Shown in pieces: positions 12,300 to 24,706 of a stretch of DNA of 64,000 nt. The notes beneath the pieces were generated by a model. It ran no database searches. It saw only the letters and a program-made list of their open reading frames with translations, and had not been told where the DNA came from. Source of the stretch: Gracilinanus agilis. Taxonomy: Eukaryota. The stretch's first letter is position 1. The number at the start of each line of letters is the position of its first letter. The stretch covers positions 55,936,367 to 56,000,366 of the forward strand of contig NC_058135.1 in assembly GCF_016433145.1 (NCBI RefSeq), given 5' to 3'. Both the position numbers and the translations under genes were made by a program.

Positions 12300-13050
12300 T
12301 TCTCCTAAACTCAGTTCTCATTTCCAAGTATCTGCTGGTCATCTCCAATGGAATGTCCCACCAGCACTTCATGTTCCAAATTGAACTCATCTTCCCAACA
12401 AAACCTGTCCCTCCTACCCAATTTCTAACAATAGTGCCATCACTTCTCCAGGAACAGAATCTCAGTGTCTTCATAGACCTCTATTTGTCTTATCCCATTA
12501 ATTCAATCATTTGCCAAGTTTGTTCAGTTCTATAGCTACAATATTTCTCAATTTCATCCACTGTTTTCCACCTACCTTGTTACATCCTTAGTCTGAACTT
12601 TCATAAATTCTCATCAAGACTATTGTAATATTAACCTAACTGATTTCCCTGCCTCCCTTCTGGACTCTCCAATTCTTTCTTTTAAAAAAAACATAGCTAC
12701 CAAAATAATCTTCATAATGCACAGGTTTGACTATGTTACTCAAGAACTCTCAGAGACTCCCTTTTGCCTCTAATATAAAATGCAAAAATTTGTCACCTAA
12801 GTCCTTCTATAATCTAGATCTAGCTTATCTTTATGGAATTATTTCATATTACTACCCCTTTTCATTGTACATTTTAGCCAAATACCATGGCTAATTTTAT
12901 TGGAATTTGCTTGGGACATTCTCATAATTCTTTATTCATATAAGCCATTATCCATTCTTGGAATTTATTTTGCCTCTTGACATTTTTTGTTCTTCTATTG
13001 TCCTACCTCAGATGTTACCTCCTGTATGCAGTTTTCCCTGATTTTTTCAT
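12300..13050 (+). mobile_element. L2 LINE fragment
   Basis: ctggtcatctccaatggaatgtcccaccagcacttc..ccaaattgaactcatcttccc..gactattgtaat..ctgatttccctgcctcc are L2 3'-region motifs. Confidence 0.8.
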
Positions 13051-13117
13051 TTAATAATACTCAAAATAGCTAGCACTTATATAGCAACTATAATAAACCA
13101 GAAACTGTGCTGTCATT

Positions 13118-13316
13118 AAAAAAACCAAACCTACCTTCTGCCTTAGAAATGTTAAGTATTGGTTTGAAGGTAGGAGAGAAATAAGGATTAGGATGTTGGG
13201 GTTAAGTGACTTGCTCAAGGTCACATAGCTAGGAAGCGTGTGAGGCCAGATTTGAACCCAGGATTTGAATCATCTCAAAATCTGGTTCTCTATCCATTGA
13301 ACCACTTAGTTGCCCC
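13118..13316 (-). mobile_element. SINE1_Mdo-type SINE
   Basis: reverse tail cctaccttctgccttagaa to head ccacttagttgcccc. Confidence 0.85.
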
Positions 13317-14074
13317 TTCTGCAATTTTTACTTCATTTAATTGTCACAGCCACCCCCGAAGGTAGGTTCTATTTTTATCCTCATTTTACAAATGAAGTAA
13401 ATGAGATTAAGTGGCTCGTCCAGGTTAACACTACTTAAGAGTGTCTGAGGCTGGGTTTGAACTGAGGTCTTCCTGACTAGAAAAACCAGTGCTCTATTCA
13501 CCATATTACCAGCCACCTCTTTCAGTTGAAAGTAATATTTTCTCCAGTTTCTAAGACCACTTTGTTTCTACTTTGTATTATATTTGAATAATTCTTGAGT
13601 CAGAGACTCAAAAGACAAGAATGAACTGAATACAATTTGAAGAACTTCTGCCTTCTCCAGTTCATTGCTCCCATCTAGACTATTTGGCAACTTCAGTATC
13701 TAACGCTGCCCATTGGGCTGTCACCATCTCCTCTTGCAATTGTTAATGGAGAGAACCCCAGGGTTAGGTAGACAGCTATGTGGGGAAGACACAGTGTTCA
13801 GAGCAGCTATCAACAAATCATTAATTATTCTCCTGGGCTATTTTAAAGAGTATCCCTACATTCCTTTTATGCTGGTAAAATCTAGCCCCTGGGTATCTTC
13901 GTGGCAAAACAAAGAATGTTATTGAGTGACTCCATTGAATTGGTTGTTTTCGAGTGAGAGAAAATATGTAATATGTGTTAAATGTGTGCAAAATGTGTCC
14001 TGAATATTGGGGAGTCAGTATAAGGCATTAGTGCCAATTCTGCATTCAGAATATGTGACAAGAAGAACATCCAG

Positions 14075-14188
14075 GAGTGTCATGGAAAGCCTCCTATTCT
14101 AGAAGTCAGGAGATGCCTGGGTTCAGCCTCTGACTCTAACAGTAAATAGTTATATGATTTGGGCATGTCTCAATATCTCTGAATCTCA

Positions 14189-14230
<42 letters not shown>

Positions 14231-14345
14231 GGAATCTCAGTTTTCTTATCTGTAAAATGGGAGGAGGCAATAAGTTGTACCTATCTCAAAGGGGATTGCC
14301 AAAGATCTAATATGACAGTGTTGTAAAATGCTTTGCAAACATTAA
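14075..14345 (+). mobile_element. MIR-type SINE interrupted by (TA)n
   Basis: agaagtcaggagatgcctgggttc head, cagttttcttatctgtaaaatggg core; (TA)n at 14191-14228. Confidence 0.8.
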
Positions 14346-15286
14346 ATCAACTCATCTGTACAAATGCCAACTACTTTTGGGGGAGAGGGTGCTAGGATTA
14401 GATATAGTATGTCTGTTTCAGGACAGCCATTGCTCATAGAGAAGGAACCGATTAACTTAAAGGTTAAATAATAATAGATAGACAAATAAATAGAGCTTGG
14501 ACAAAACTCATGAGACCTCATGACACCCATTTATCAGACGACTCCATGGCCCCTGCCACTTACAGCTGTGTCCTGAAAAAGTCCTCAGCAACCAGTGTCC
14601 TTATGTGATTCCTTAAGAGCTACCGAGGATTCAGTAGTCCATTAAGGTTTTCTACCACTCCATCACCCATTCTTTTCTGATCAGAATTCTGCTCTAGGTT
14701 CTCCTGATTGTTGATACAATCACAAATCTTTCTAGAGTTTCCCACAATTCCCAGAAGGTGAAAGAGAGATGACTCCTCACCTCCTCTTCTGTGTTCTACC
14801 TTTGCAATAGTTCTCTAAGAGCCTGCTCCGGGTTCTATTTTCTCTGGCCCCTTCTGTCATTTTCTTCAGTTCCCAGGAATAATATCTACTTTGGGGTCAA
14901 CTAGGGAGGGTTATTTGAATTATCCAGGCTGATTCCCTAGACTTCCAGCACAGATGTGTGGGACTTTGCAGATGGAAGACCTTTCCTCAGTGCTTGCAGC
15001 AAAGTGAAGAGAACAGTGTGCAGCCTTAGCTGTACCTATTGTATGATAGATGTTATAAATAACAGCCATCTCCCTCTTATGAGACTGCATAGTCCTTATG
15101 GCAGACATTGCCATTTTTGTCTTTGCACTCATATCACTTCATAGAGTGCTTTTGAGCAGGAGTGCTTAATAAAATTTGATCATTGTTGAATCTACCGGAA
15201 AGTATGTACCCTTAGCTTACATCAATATAGTGCTTTCAAGTTTGCAAATACATACATTTCATTTGGTCCTCCCAACAATTCCATGT

Positions 15287-15525
15287 CATTGTTTAGTCAT
15301 TTCAGTTGTGGCTGACTCTTCATGACCCAATTTGGGGTTTTCTTGGCAAAGATACTAGAGTGTTTTGCCATTTCCTGCCCCAGCTTATTTTACAGATGCG
15401 GAAACTGAGGCCAACAGAGTTAAGGGTCTTGCCCAGGGTCACATGGCTAAGTGTCTGAGGTCAGATTTGAACTCGGGTCTTCCTGGCTCCAGGCCTAGAG
15501 CTCTATCTATTGTGCCACTTATCCA
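15287..15525 (-). mobile_element. Mar1 SINE nested in a MIR
   Basis: gtcatttcagttgtggctgactcttcatgacccaatttggggttttcttggcaaagatactagag is the reverse Mar1 tail; MIR halves lie on both sides. Confidence 0.85.
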
Positions 15526-18355
15526 CCCCAACAGCTCCATGAGATAGGTACTATTTCCATGTACAGAGGAGGATTTGAAGACTCAGAATAGTTCAGTGAC
15601 GTGATCAGTATTGAAAAGATAATAAGTATCTGACATGGGATTCAAACTCAGATCTTTCTCACTGCAAGTCCAGCACTACCCATTCTATCGCACAGCCCCC
15701 ACACCCCAAGTAAAACTGTCAAAGAATAATCTAATTAGTTCCTAGGGGCAAAAATAGATAGTGCTTGTAAATATTTTTTTTTAAATATTGGGGTTGCACA
15801 AACATTTGATGACTCCTCTTTGATCATCAGCTATGAGTTATCAACAGTTGTTTAAAGAAATCTTAATTTTGAGAAAACTCACTTTAATCCTTATAATCTG
15901 CTATGAACCAATGAAATAGCTGTATACAAAATGACTTGTCAGATGGGCCACACACGTAGACCCAAGATAAGTTCCCCGACCAGCTAGTGCTTCTCTATTC
16001 CTTTAATAGAAGTCAATCAGAAGCAAACCATACTTTTTGAGGCTAGTCATGGTGAAATTCTCATGTTGTTTCTCCAATTAGCTTTGGAATCTCTTTTTAG
16101 GTGGTCCCATTTGACAATCACAGGGCATGACTCTTCTTCAACACTTCATTGTTAACCGGAGGCAAAGAAAAGTTCAATCGTTAGTCTTTACAGGGAGATG
16201 AGATGTAGTCGCTTTTAGGATTTTAAAAAATAGGACTTAATATGCTACAATCATTATTAGGTCTTTCGTATCCAATTGTAAATTCGCTGCTTAGGTGACT
16301 GAATTATCACTAGAGCCCCACACCATAAATTTCTTCTTCTACTGATCTCAAAATACCCTAGTCCCAAAGAGGGATTAATTCATTTCTTGTGATGTAGCCA
16401 CTCACTCCTGGAAAATGCTTCATTTCCCCAAGGCTAGCTTCATAATTAATAGGCTGTCTTGTGTAGGGGCATATGCACTTTCCTCCTCTCAAGGGGCGCC
16501 CTTTTGCCTTTCAGTGTAAATCGAAGAGTGGTGCTGGGGGAATGAAAGAGGTATACTGAGGAATAGGAGGAGGAGGAATGACAAAGACATATAAACTTAA
16601 AAGGTCTGGTCTTATTATATAGAATAGATATATTAAATTCTCACAAACATTTAAAGTTAAAATGTAATTACATGACATAATAAAATACCATAACCAATCC
16701 TAAAGGTATAACTCAATTCTTATTAGAATTTTAGAAAGAAAAATAGCTTTTCTATTGTGGAAAAAAAAGCCCTATCATAGCTTCACCTACTGTCAGCTGC
16801 AATTCAAGATAACAATAGTTACATCAACCAAAAAGCTAATCCAGAATGGAATGGCACCTCCTAATTACTAAGGAGTTTTCAAGGAAATAGATTTATTTTT
16901 AATAAACAAGGTTTTTTTTCTTTGTGAGATCTTAATGACCCAATTAAAACTTTTTGTGGCTTTTTGCTCTGTGGCTAGATGTAGAGAATGTGACTCAGAA
17001 GAGAAGAATTTCAGCATCGTGGTCATGTTTTTTAAGCAGACATTTTAGTTATGCACCTATCAAAACCCCAGAGAACCAGTGAGCCCCAGAGATGTATCCT
17101 CTTTCTGTGTATTGCAACACCTGGTGTTGGGAAAATGATTGTCCCCAACACATAATCTCTTCATAAGCAAGGGAATTTGTCTAGGCCAAATTTCCAGAAT
17201 CTGGGTGAAAATATCGAATGGCTGAACCAGTATGTCATGTGCACAGTGATTGTCGAATGATAAGATGAGTTTCTTCATCTGATTTTGTTTCCTGACTTCA
17301 AGCCTAGATTTTCCCCCTCTCTGCTTGGTTCTTCAGCCCACTCAGTCTTTGTCAGTTTGCTCAGCAAATCCCACTGCATTCCTCCTCCTCTTCTGACTTA
17401 AGTAAGAGCTCTGCCTAGGCAGGTGAGAAATGTGGCTCAGAAACCAATGTAATATTTTCATGAAAAACAATCAAGCAGGAATTAGGGAAATATGGATTTG
17501 CTGAATGGAACCTTTTTCATGTGAATGAATGCCTTTAAGAGTAATAGATTTAGGACCTAAGAAAACCTTAGAGACCATCAAGTCTTATTACCACATTTTA
17601 TACATGAGGCAATGAAGATAATAGAGAAAAGAAGGGAGAGATGTAAAGAAACCAAATTGAAATCCCAAACTCTTCCCACTACTTCATTCTTTCTGGTCTA
17701 ATTTGGAAGTAAATCTTTGGGGTGGTTTAAACCAAGCATGATCTTGCCCTCCTTGGAAGGCAAGTGCTTAGTGCTGAGGAGGGAAGAGCAGGAGAGACAG
17801 GAAGGGAGGAAGGCAGGAACAGATCAGAGAGGAACTCAGTTGGGATGTGGTCCTTTTGGGTTGAGAAAGAGCTATTTAATAGCTTGCTATTTCAGTACTC
17901 CATTGTTTACAGAGGACAGAAAAAAAATCACCAAGAAATCCAATTCTTTGCATTAGATTTAAAGTCATCCCCAATCTGTCTCAGAATTACATCTCTAGCC
18001 TTAGTTAATTCTACTTCCACTTATTTAATCTACATAAGCAACCCTTCATTTCCTATCTTTAAGCATGTCCATAAATTGTCTAGAGTACTCTCTGATTTCA
18101 TCTTTATTTTTCAGGGTCCTTATTTTTCTTCAAGGTTACTTCCAGTGATAATACCATGAAGACTTCCCTGATTTCTCATTCTCAATCCAACCTCCATTTT
18201 CCTTATATTATTATTATTTTTGCATGTATATGCATATTGAATCCACCTAGTAGGATGGAAACTCCTTGTTGGAAGGTAGTTTTGTTGTGTTTTTCCTTAT
18301 ATCCCTTGCACCTAGCAAGATGCATTATATATACTAGTTCCTCAATAAGAGTTTT

Positions 18356-18537
18356 TTTTTTAAACCCTTGTACTTCGGTGTATTGTCTCATAGGTGGAAG
18401 ATTGGTAAGGGTGGGCAATGGGGGTCAAGTGACTTGCCCAGGGTCACACAGCTGGGAAGTGGCTGAGGCCGGGTTTGAACCTAGGACCTCCTGTCTCTAG
18501 GCCTGACTCTCACTCCACTGAGCTACCCAGCTGCCCC
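18356..18537 (-). mobile_element. Young SINE1_Mdo-type SINE with target-site duplication, inserted at an L2 tail
   Basis: TSD cctcaataagagtttt at 18340-18355 and 18536-18551. Confidence 0.95.
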
Positions 18538-19444
18538 TCAATAAGAGTTTTGTTTCATTTTTAGGCTCATTATTCTTACTAACTAAAAATGTGTAGCTAA
18601 ATTGTTTCTATTTTCTACCCAGTTGTAAGAGTGTTCTAAGTTTCCATGCCCTGGGATAATATCCCAGTTGTTCTGGCCTTCTGACACCTCTGAATATCAC
18701 TACTTTAAGACATGAAGAGCTCATTCTTTTGGGGGGCAAAAGGATCTGGCACTGAGAGCAATAAGAAAAATATTCTGTGCTTTTTTTTATGTCAAAATCT
18801 ATCCTTGTGTAAGTTTTCTTTATTGCTGTCAGAGGGATTCCCATTAACACTTTGGGTCATAGTAGCATAGATTTAGAATCAGAAAGAAGCTTAGAAGTCA
18901 GCTAGACAAAGTTCCTTGATATTCAGAAGAGGAAACAATTTCAGATAGATTAATTGACTTGATTGTATTCATATAATTTACTAGGTGTCTGAGAAAAGAT
19001 TTGAACTTACACCTTCCAGAATACAAATTCAGCAGTCGTTCAACTTCATCACAGAGTGTATATATATGTATATATACGTGTGTGTGTACATATATGTATA
19101 TATAAAGACTGTATCAAATAAAAATGGGTTCAAAAATTAAACCAATTTTCCTCTATAAAGAATCTGCATTTTCTACTAGTTGTGATTTTCTAAGTTAAGG
19201 AATGTTAGGAAATTGCCCAGTACATTCTTATGGATGTGAATATGATTCCAACTGTGATCCCTCTTCATTGCCCTCAACCTGATACCTCCACTATTTGATG
19301 GGTAGGTTCAACTGTTGCCATGGAGAATAATACTTTCCAATGAAACAATAAGCAATGAAATAAAGATAGTTCATGTAAAATCAGTAACTCCAGTGGGCTG
19401 AGCATAAAACACCCACACGTAGAGTATGGATAATTGAGATCATT

Positions 19445-19945
19445 CTTTGACTTGTTCCTGTTGTCTACATTTTACCTGTCTAAAGCACACTGAGCCCTGG
19501 AAATCACCTCTCATTAGCTCAGAACTTATTGTGATCCTGACTTTGATCTACTTCTGCCCCTGGCTTTTTCAGCTCCACTATTCAGCACTTGAGTATTGGG
19601 TCTTAATTTCTTTACATCTATTTTCTGACTCCTAGATGGAGGGTGGAGAAAAGACCTCCTCTCAATGCTTACATTTAGAGTGCTTCCAGCCATCTCTTGA
19701 TTTCCTACCAGCTGTACTCCTTTGGATTAGACTCCATCATGCACATGCCCTGGGTACCTTCTTTCATTCTCTTTTCCCCCCTTCTTTTAGCTTTTCTACT
19801 GCCTTTTTATGTGTTGTCCTTCCCCATTAGATTGTAAACTCCTCCTGGGCAAGGATTGATTTTCTTTTTCTTACCTGTATCCCCACTACTTAGCACAGTA
19901 CCTGATACCTAGTAGCTGCTTAGTAAATGTTTATTGACTAATTAA
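19445..19945 (+). mobile_element. L2-tailed SINE (WALLSI1-like) or L2 end
   Basis: gccctgggtacc..ttttatgtgttgtccttccccattagattgtaaactcc..cttagcacagtacc; related element at 48295-48545. Confidence 0.55.
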
Positions 19946-20994
19946 CTTACTACTCACATAGGAACTTCTTAGCCAAAAGCCTCTCTCTTCCTCCCCTTTA
20001 CTTTACTCAGTCCAATGGAGCCTGCTCAGTCACAACTTCTGGCCTCTTGCTAAATAAACATATCCCATAACCTCTGTTCTAGTTATAATACTGGTGAATC
20101 AACCTTCTACTGAAAATAATAACACTGATCTGTACAGATAATAGTTAAACTAAGTAAGTAGCTCTGATCCAAAGGAAGGCAAAAGAAGGGGAAACCATAA
20201 AGCACAAATGAACATTAACAAGGGAAAAAAAGCACAAGTATTCACGAAAAATTTAACAAGTATTTAGATTAGACTGCTAGGAACCACGTGGCCAAAGCAC
20301 AAGGCATGGAATCTTGAGGAAAAACAAAACAAAACACTGCTCCTCCACTGGCCATATACCTGTTTCTTAGTCCTTAATGCCCAATATGCTGTTTGAAAAG
20401 GAAGTCAACCAAGCCAAATGAAAGTAAAAATTATGGCTCTTTGGGACTGGTTCAAAAACCAATTCTATAATTAATTCACTATCTGGTATGAAAAAGTCAT
20501 TTAATTCCACTGGACATTCACTTCTTAACTGACAAAATGGGGTTTCTTTGGCTTATCAGCCTCATGACTGTGCCCAAGGAGGAGAAGATTATGTTATAGA
20601 ATATAGGGTGTTGATACAGTTCATGTATGTGTATAATGTGTATGTGTAGTTGGGTGCTAAGCTAAAATCAGTTTTTAAAAGTACACTTGGAGATGGCCAC
20701 ATCAACCACTAACTCTCAGCTTCTTTCTCTCTCTCTCTGGAACAATATAATGGTTATTTCTAGAGCATACTCTTCATTACACAAGAAGGAGAAGGAAGAG
20801 GTTTCCAAGGAGAATAAGTTTGTCTTCACAAACATTCTTGTTTACCAAGTTTCAATGACCTTTTGTCTTGCTGTCTCCAGTGGCTTTAGTCTGATTTTAA
20901 TAGCAAAAAAGAGTACCAAACATACAAAAATATTTTTACAAGCACTTTCTGTCATGGGGAGGAAAATTGAAATAGAGTCAGGTGACCATTGATT

Positions 20995-21420
20995 AGGAAA
21001 TCAAAGTCTAAGCACATTGTGGTACATTAAAATTATGGCACAATATACAATTATAATAACAAATATGAAAAATTCAGAGAAATATGAGAAGATTTGTTTG
21101 AACTGAAGCAAAGAGAAAATACATGATACCAGGGGGAAATATACATAATGACTGCAATAATGAAAAGAAAAGAACTCTTAGAAAATGACCCATCTTAGTC
21201 ACAGATTGGAGAACAGATGATGAAACATAATTTACTTTTCTTAATAGAGAGATGGCAGAGTATGGGCATGGAATGCTGAAAACTCTCTAAGGTACAGTTT
21301 TTTGCTAAGTAGGTTTTGTTGAATTTTGTTGTAGTTGTTACCAAAGAGGATTCAACAGATTTCAGATTAAATTGAGAAATACCTATGATATTTTTTAAAA
21401 AGCCATCAATAAAAGGAGTT
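20995..21420 (+). mobile_element. Old L1 3' end
   Basis: cacattgtggtacattaaaattatgg..gatttgtttgaactgaagcaaag..gagatggcagagtatgggcatggaatg, ending near aataaaa. Confidence 0.7.
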
Positions 21421-21649
21421 AAAGTTGATTTGTCTCCTAAGGTCCCTCCCACTATAAAGATCAATACTTTACAAAATAAATTCCAGAAAAGCTGGTTAAT
21501 TTAGATGCATTATCTAAATATCTATGAACGGTATCTCTGTTAACAAGAATATTTGGTTAGTCAGCAGAGTCTGTTACCTGATCATTTAGATAATAACGAA
21601 TTTTCTGTGCTTGTGTGGTTCTGATAGAATAGCAAACATTTGGCTGATA

Positions 21650-21900
21650 TAGTTAGGTGGTATGATGGATGAAGTACCAGGCTTGGAGTCTGGAAAAGTC
21701 CTAAGTTCAAATCCAACCTCAGATATTTACCGTGTAACCCTATTAAAGCCAATTAATCTAGGTTGTCTCAATTTTCTCTTCTGTAAAATGGGGATAATAA
21801 TAGTTTCTACATCCCAAGGATTTTGTGAGGATCAAGCAAGATAATAATGAAAAAGTACTTAGTAGGATACCTAGAATATAGTAAGTACCCATATGAGTGG
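21650..21900 (+). mobile_element. MIR-type SINE
   Basis: gttcaaatccaacctcagat..ttctgtaaaatggggataataatag. Confidence 0.8.
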
Positions 21901-22540
21901 TGTTAACCATTATTTAAAAAAAAAAAGGTTTAATACTAGTAAAATGAAACCAATGATTATTCAAAAAAATAGGGTGGCACCCTGCATTCTAAAGAAACAA
22001 CAGCTTAAGAAGTTGGCCCTCTTTCACAGTTTGCCTTGGCTTCTTTTTAAAGTTTTTCTCTCTCTTTAGGAGCCTCTCCCTGAAGAGAATCTGGATCTCC
22101 ATGTCATCTCCCTAGAAAATGGAAGCCAAAAGACCAAGATTCCCTCCTCCCTCAAGCTCTTGCCAAGTCCATCCCACACATAGGAAGGGAGCACTGAATA
22201 ATCAATCTTCACTAATGGGGACAGTATCAAGCAAATGGACCTTGAACTTTTGAAATCATATTCATTTCTATATTTATGTTTATCTCAAAAAAGGGTGGGC
22301 ATGACCTAGATCAATGTATGGGTGTGTTATAATGTATGAAAATGTGTCTGGTCTGATAAAGAAAATAATGGCAATGATAGCAACTTGAAGAGGAATGTTT
22401 TTGACTCTGGAACACTGCAGCCTCATCCTTCTTTGAAGCAATCAGAAGCACTCCTGAGAATAAGTGACAAGAGTGGGCTTGGAAACTGGTCCTGAGAGAA
22501 TTTCATTTTTTCATATATTTATGAAATATTTCTGTAATCT

Positions 22541-22780
22541 GGGGGCTGAAAAACCACGAAGGGGCTGAAAATCTGCAGCTGGGAAGTAGAGGGCAGAGGA
22601 GAGAAGATGAGTTTTATTTTAAACATATGTATTAATTATGGCTGAAAACAGGGTGGGAGTCTGCAGCTGGGAGGGGGAGGGCAAAGGGAAAATGATTTTT
22701 ATTTAAGAATAAATTTATTAAATCATAGCTCAACCTGGGACTTTGCAGCTGGGGGAGGGCAAAGGGACAGCAGTATTTTT
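22541..22780 (+). repeat. Degenerate tandem repeat, about 3 units of 80-90 bp
   Basis: tgcagctggg..gagggca(a/g)agg recurs with CAGCTG at 22576, 22664 and 22746, separated by AT-rich spacers. Confidence 0.8.
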
Positions 22781-23578
22781 CAAGCTAGTTGCTTTAATAA
22801 AATATGTGAGCTCTCACTTTGACGCAGTGTTGGAAAGGGAGTTTCTTGAACTAGCATCAAAGTAGGATCAGGCACATTTTGAAGCAAAAGCAATTTTAGG
22901 ATCCTTGGTCTAAGGAGCTTTTTTCTTAAATAACTGTTTGCTTACCAGTTGGGCCAGATTTTCATCTTGCACAATGGTGTGCCAATTCTCCCAGGATGAC
23001 ATAGAATTAGAATTTGGCCCCATGTGATTTTCCTCAATTTCTGCACTTCAAAAGCATATTTACCCTCTGAGAATCTCAAATTGTTTTGTCAGTTGTGACA
23101 TTTATGGCTCCTTTAATACCTTAGGTTTAGAATTTTATCACTGGAAAAAGCCATTTTTCCCTCTTAGGGACTTTTATTGTAATTGGAACACAATACCAGC
23201 AGGTGGTGATAGTGCTTTAATGTCACTGTCTAAATTAGTGTCAAGTGTGAGAATTCTTTAAAGATTACTTTTAAAGATCAAGTCCACCGGATTTGTATAT
23301 AAAAAAAAAAAAATTCACTTAAAAAAAATAACTCATTGCATCTCTGCTAAAATAGCTAACCATGATTTGCAGCATTGTAGTATAAAAAAAGAGTCAGTAT
23401 TAGATTCGGGGAGGTGGGTGTCAGTCCTGTCCCAGACATACACTGGCTGTATAAGTTTCTTAATCTCTTAATGACCTAGGTAACTCTCTAAGACTCAACA
23501 TTAAGGGAGTTTCCTCATTCCATTTCCTACTTGCTGGTGAAATCATAGGTCCAGCCCCCAAACCAGAAATAATATCAA

Positions 23579-23790
23579 GGGGCAACTAGGTAGCAAAGGT
23601 GGATAGAGAGCCAGTTCTGGAGTCAGAAGGATCTGGGTTCAAATATGCCTTCAGACACTTCCTAGCTGTGCAACCGTGGACAAGTCACTTAACCTCCATT
23701 GTCTTGTTTTTATATAACACTCTTTTGCCTTAGAACCAATACTTTGTATCCATTCTAAGAAAGAAGGTAAGTTTTTAATTTAACAGAAAG
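23579..23790 (+). mobile_element. SINE1_Mdo-type SINE
   Basis: head ggggcaactaggtagc; tail cttagaaccaatac..agaaggtaag. Confidence 0.85.
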
Positions 23791-24325
23791 AAAAAGTAAT
23801 GATATTGAATAGATAATTCTACAGCCAATATTTATATTAATAAGAAATATATTATTATCATACATGTATTAGTTTATACTAGTATTATTAATTAGTATTA
23901 ATTAATTATACTAAATTAGTATGTGATATATACTAATATTATCTATATTATATGTATAAAATTCAGTTAATTCAGTTATAAACTGAATATTTAATTAGAA
24001 TTCTGCCTTTTTATCTAGTGTAGCTAAGTAGAAAGTAGGTAGGCTAAAAGTGGGGTCACTCTTTGGTTATCACTTGCCCTTTAAATATTTATTTACTAAA
24101 TTATTATATTTACTTATGTGTATAAAATTAAATTATCAAATAAATATTTAAATCAAATTGAACTGTCCTGGGCCTCTAGGACTATGTATTTCAAATGCAA
24201 TATTTCTTCAACCTAACAAAATAAAACAATTTTCAATTTTTATTAATTGACTTTGATGCCAAGCCTTCCAGAAAAATATTTTCTAAAAAGTCTGTTAGCT
24301 CTTATTCAAAATATTATTAAAAGAA

Positions 24326-24525
24326 GAGGCAGCTGTGTGACTCAATGAATTGAGAACCAGGGCTAAAGGCAGAAGGTCCTGGATTTAGATCTGGCCTTAG
24401 ACACTTCCTAGCTGTTTGACCCTGGGCAAGTCACTTAATCCCCACTGCCTAGCCCTTACCATTCTTCTGCCTTGGAACAAATACGTAGTATTAATTCTAA
24501 GATGGAAGGGAACATTTTAAAAAAA
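24326..24525 (+). mobile_element. SINE1_Mdo-type SINE
   Basis: full-length match to the other copies in the window. Confidence 0.85.
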
Positions 24526-24560
24526 TCATTAAAAGAACATAATTAAGAATGATTTTTTTT

Positions 24561-24706
24561 GGAGGCACCTGGGTGGCTCAGTGGATTGAGAGTCAGACCT
24601 AGAGATGGGAGCTCCTGGGTTCAAATCTGGCCTAGACACTTCCCAGTTGTGTGACCCTGGGCAAGTCACTTGACCCCCATTGCCCAAGGTAAGGGTTTAA
24701 AAAAAA
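24561..24706 (+). mobile_element. SINE1_Mdo-type SINE with internal 3' deletion
   Basis: ccattgccca joined directly to aggtaagggtttaaaa; flanked by tgattttttt on both sides. Confidence 0.85.

Noticed and set aside
14176-14240. tctg(g)aatctcag duplicated on both sides of the (TA)n
   Set aside because: Ordinary slippage duplication within a MIR.
17060-17278. Minus ORF KKLILSFDNHCAH..VQPFD resembling pogo/Tigger DDE motifs, and plus-strand TPGVGK resembling a P-loop
   Set aside because: Motif spacing is wrong for a DDE domain, the P-loop-like word is followed by a stop within a few codons, and I saw no terminal repeats; treated as coincidence.
17243-17285. CACAGTG heptamers (here and near 13790) as possible V(D)J recombination signals
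   Set aside because: No nonamer at 12 or 23 nt spacing and no V/J segments.
17764-18500. ORFs of 131 and 114 aa
   Set aside because: They run through low-complexity, L2-tail and SINE1 sequence; no recognisable protein.
23860-23960. AT-only near-palindromes
   Set aside because: Low-complexity A/T sequence produces these by chance.
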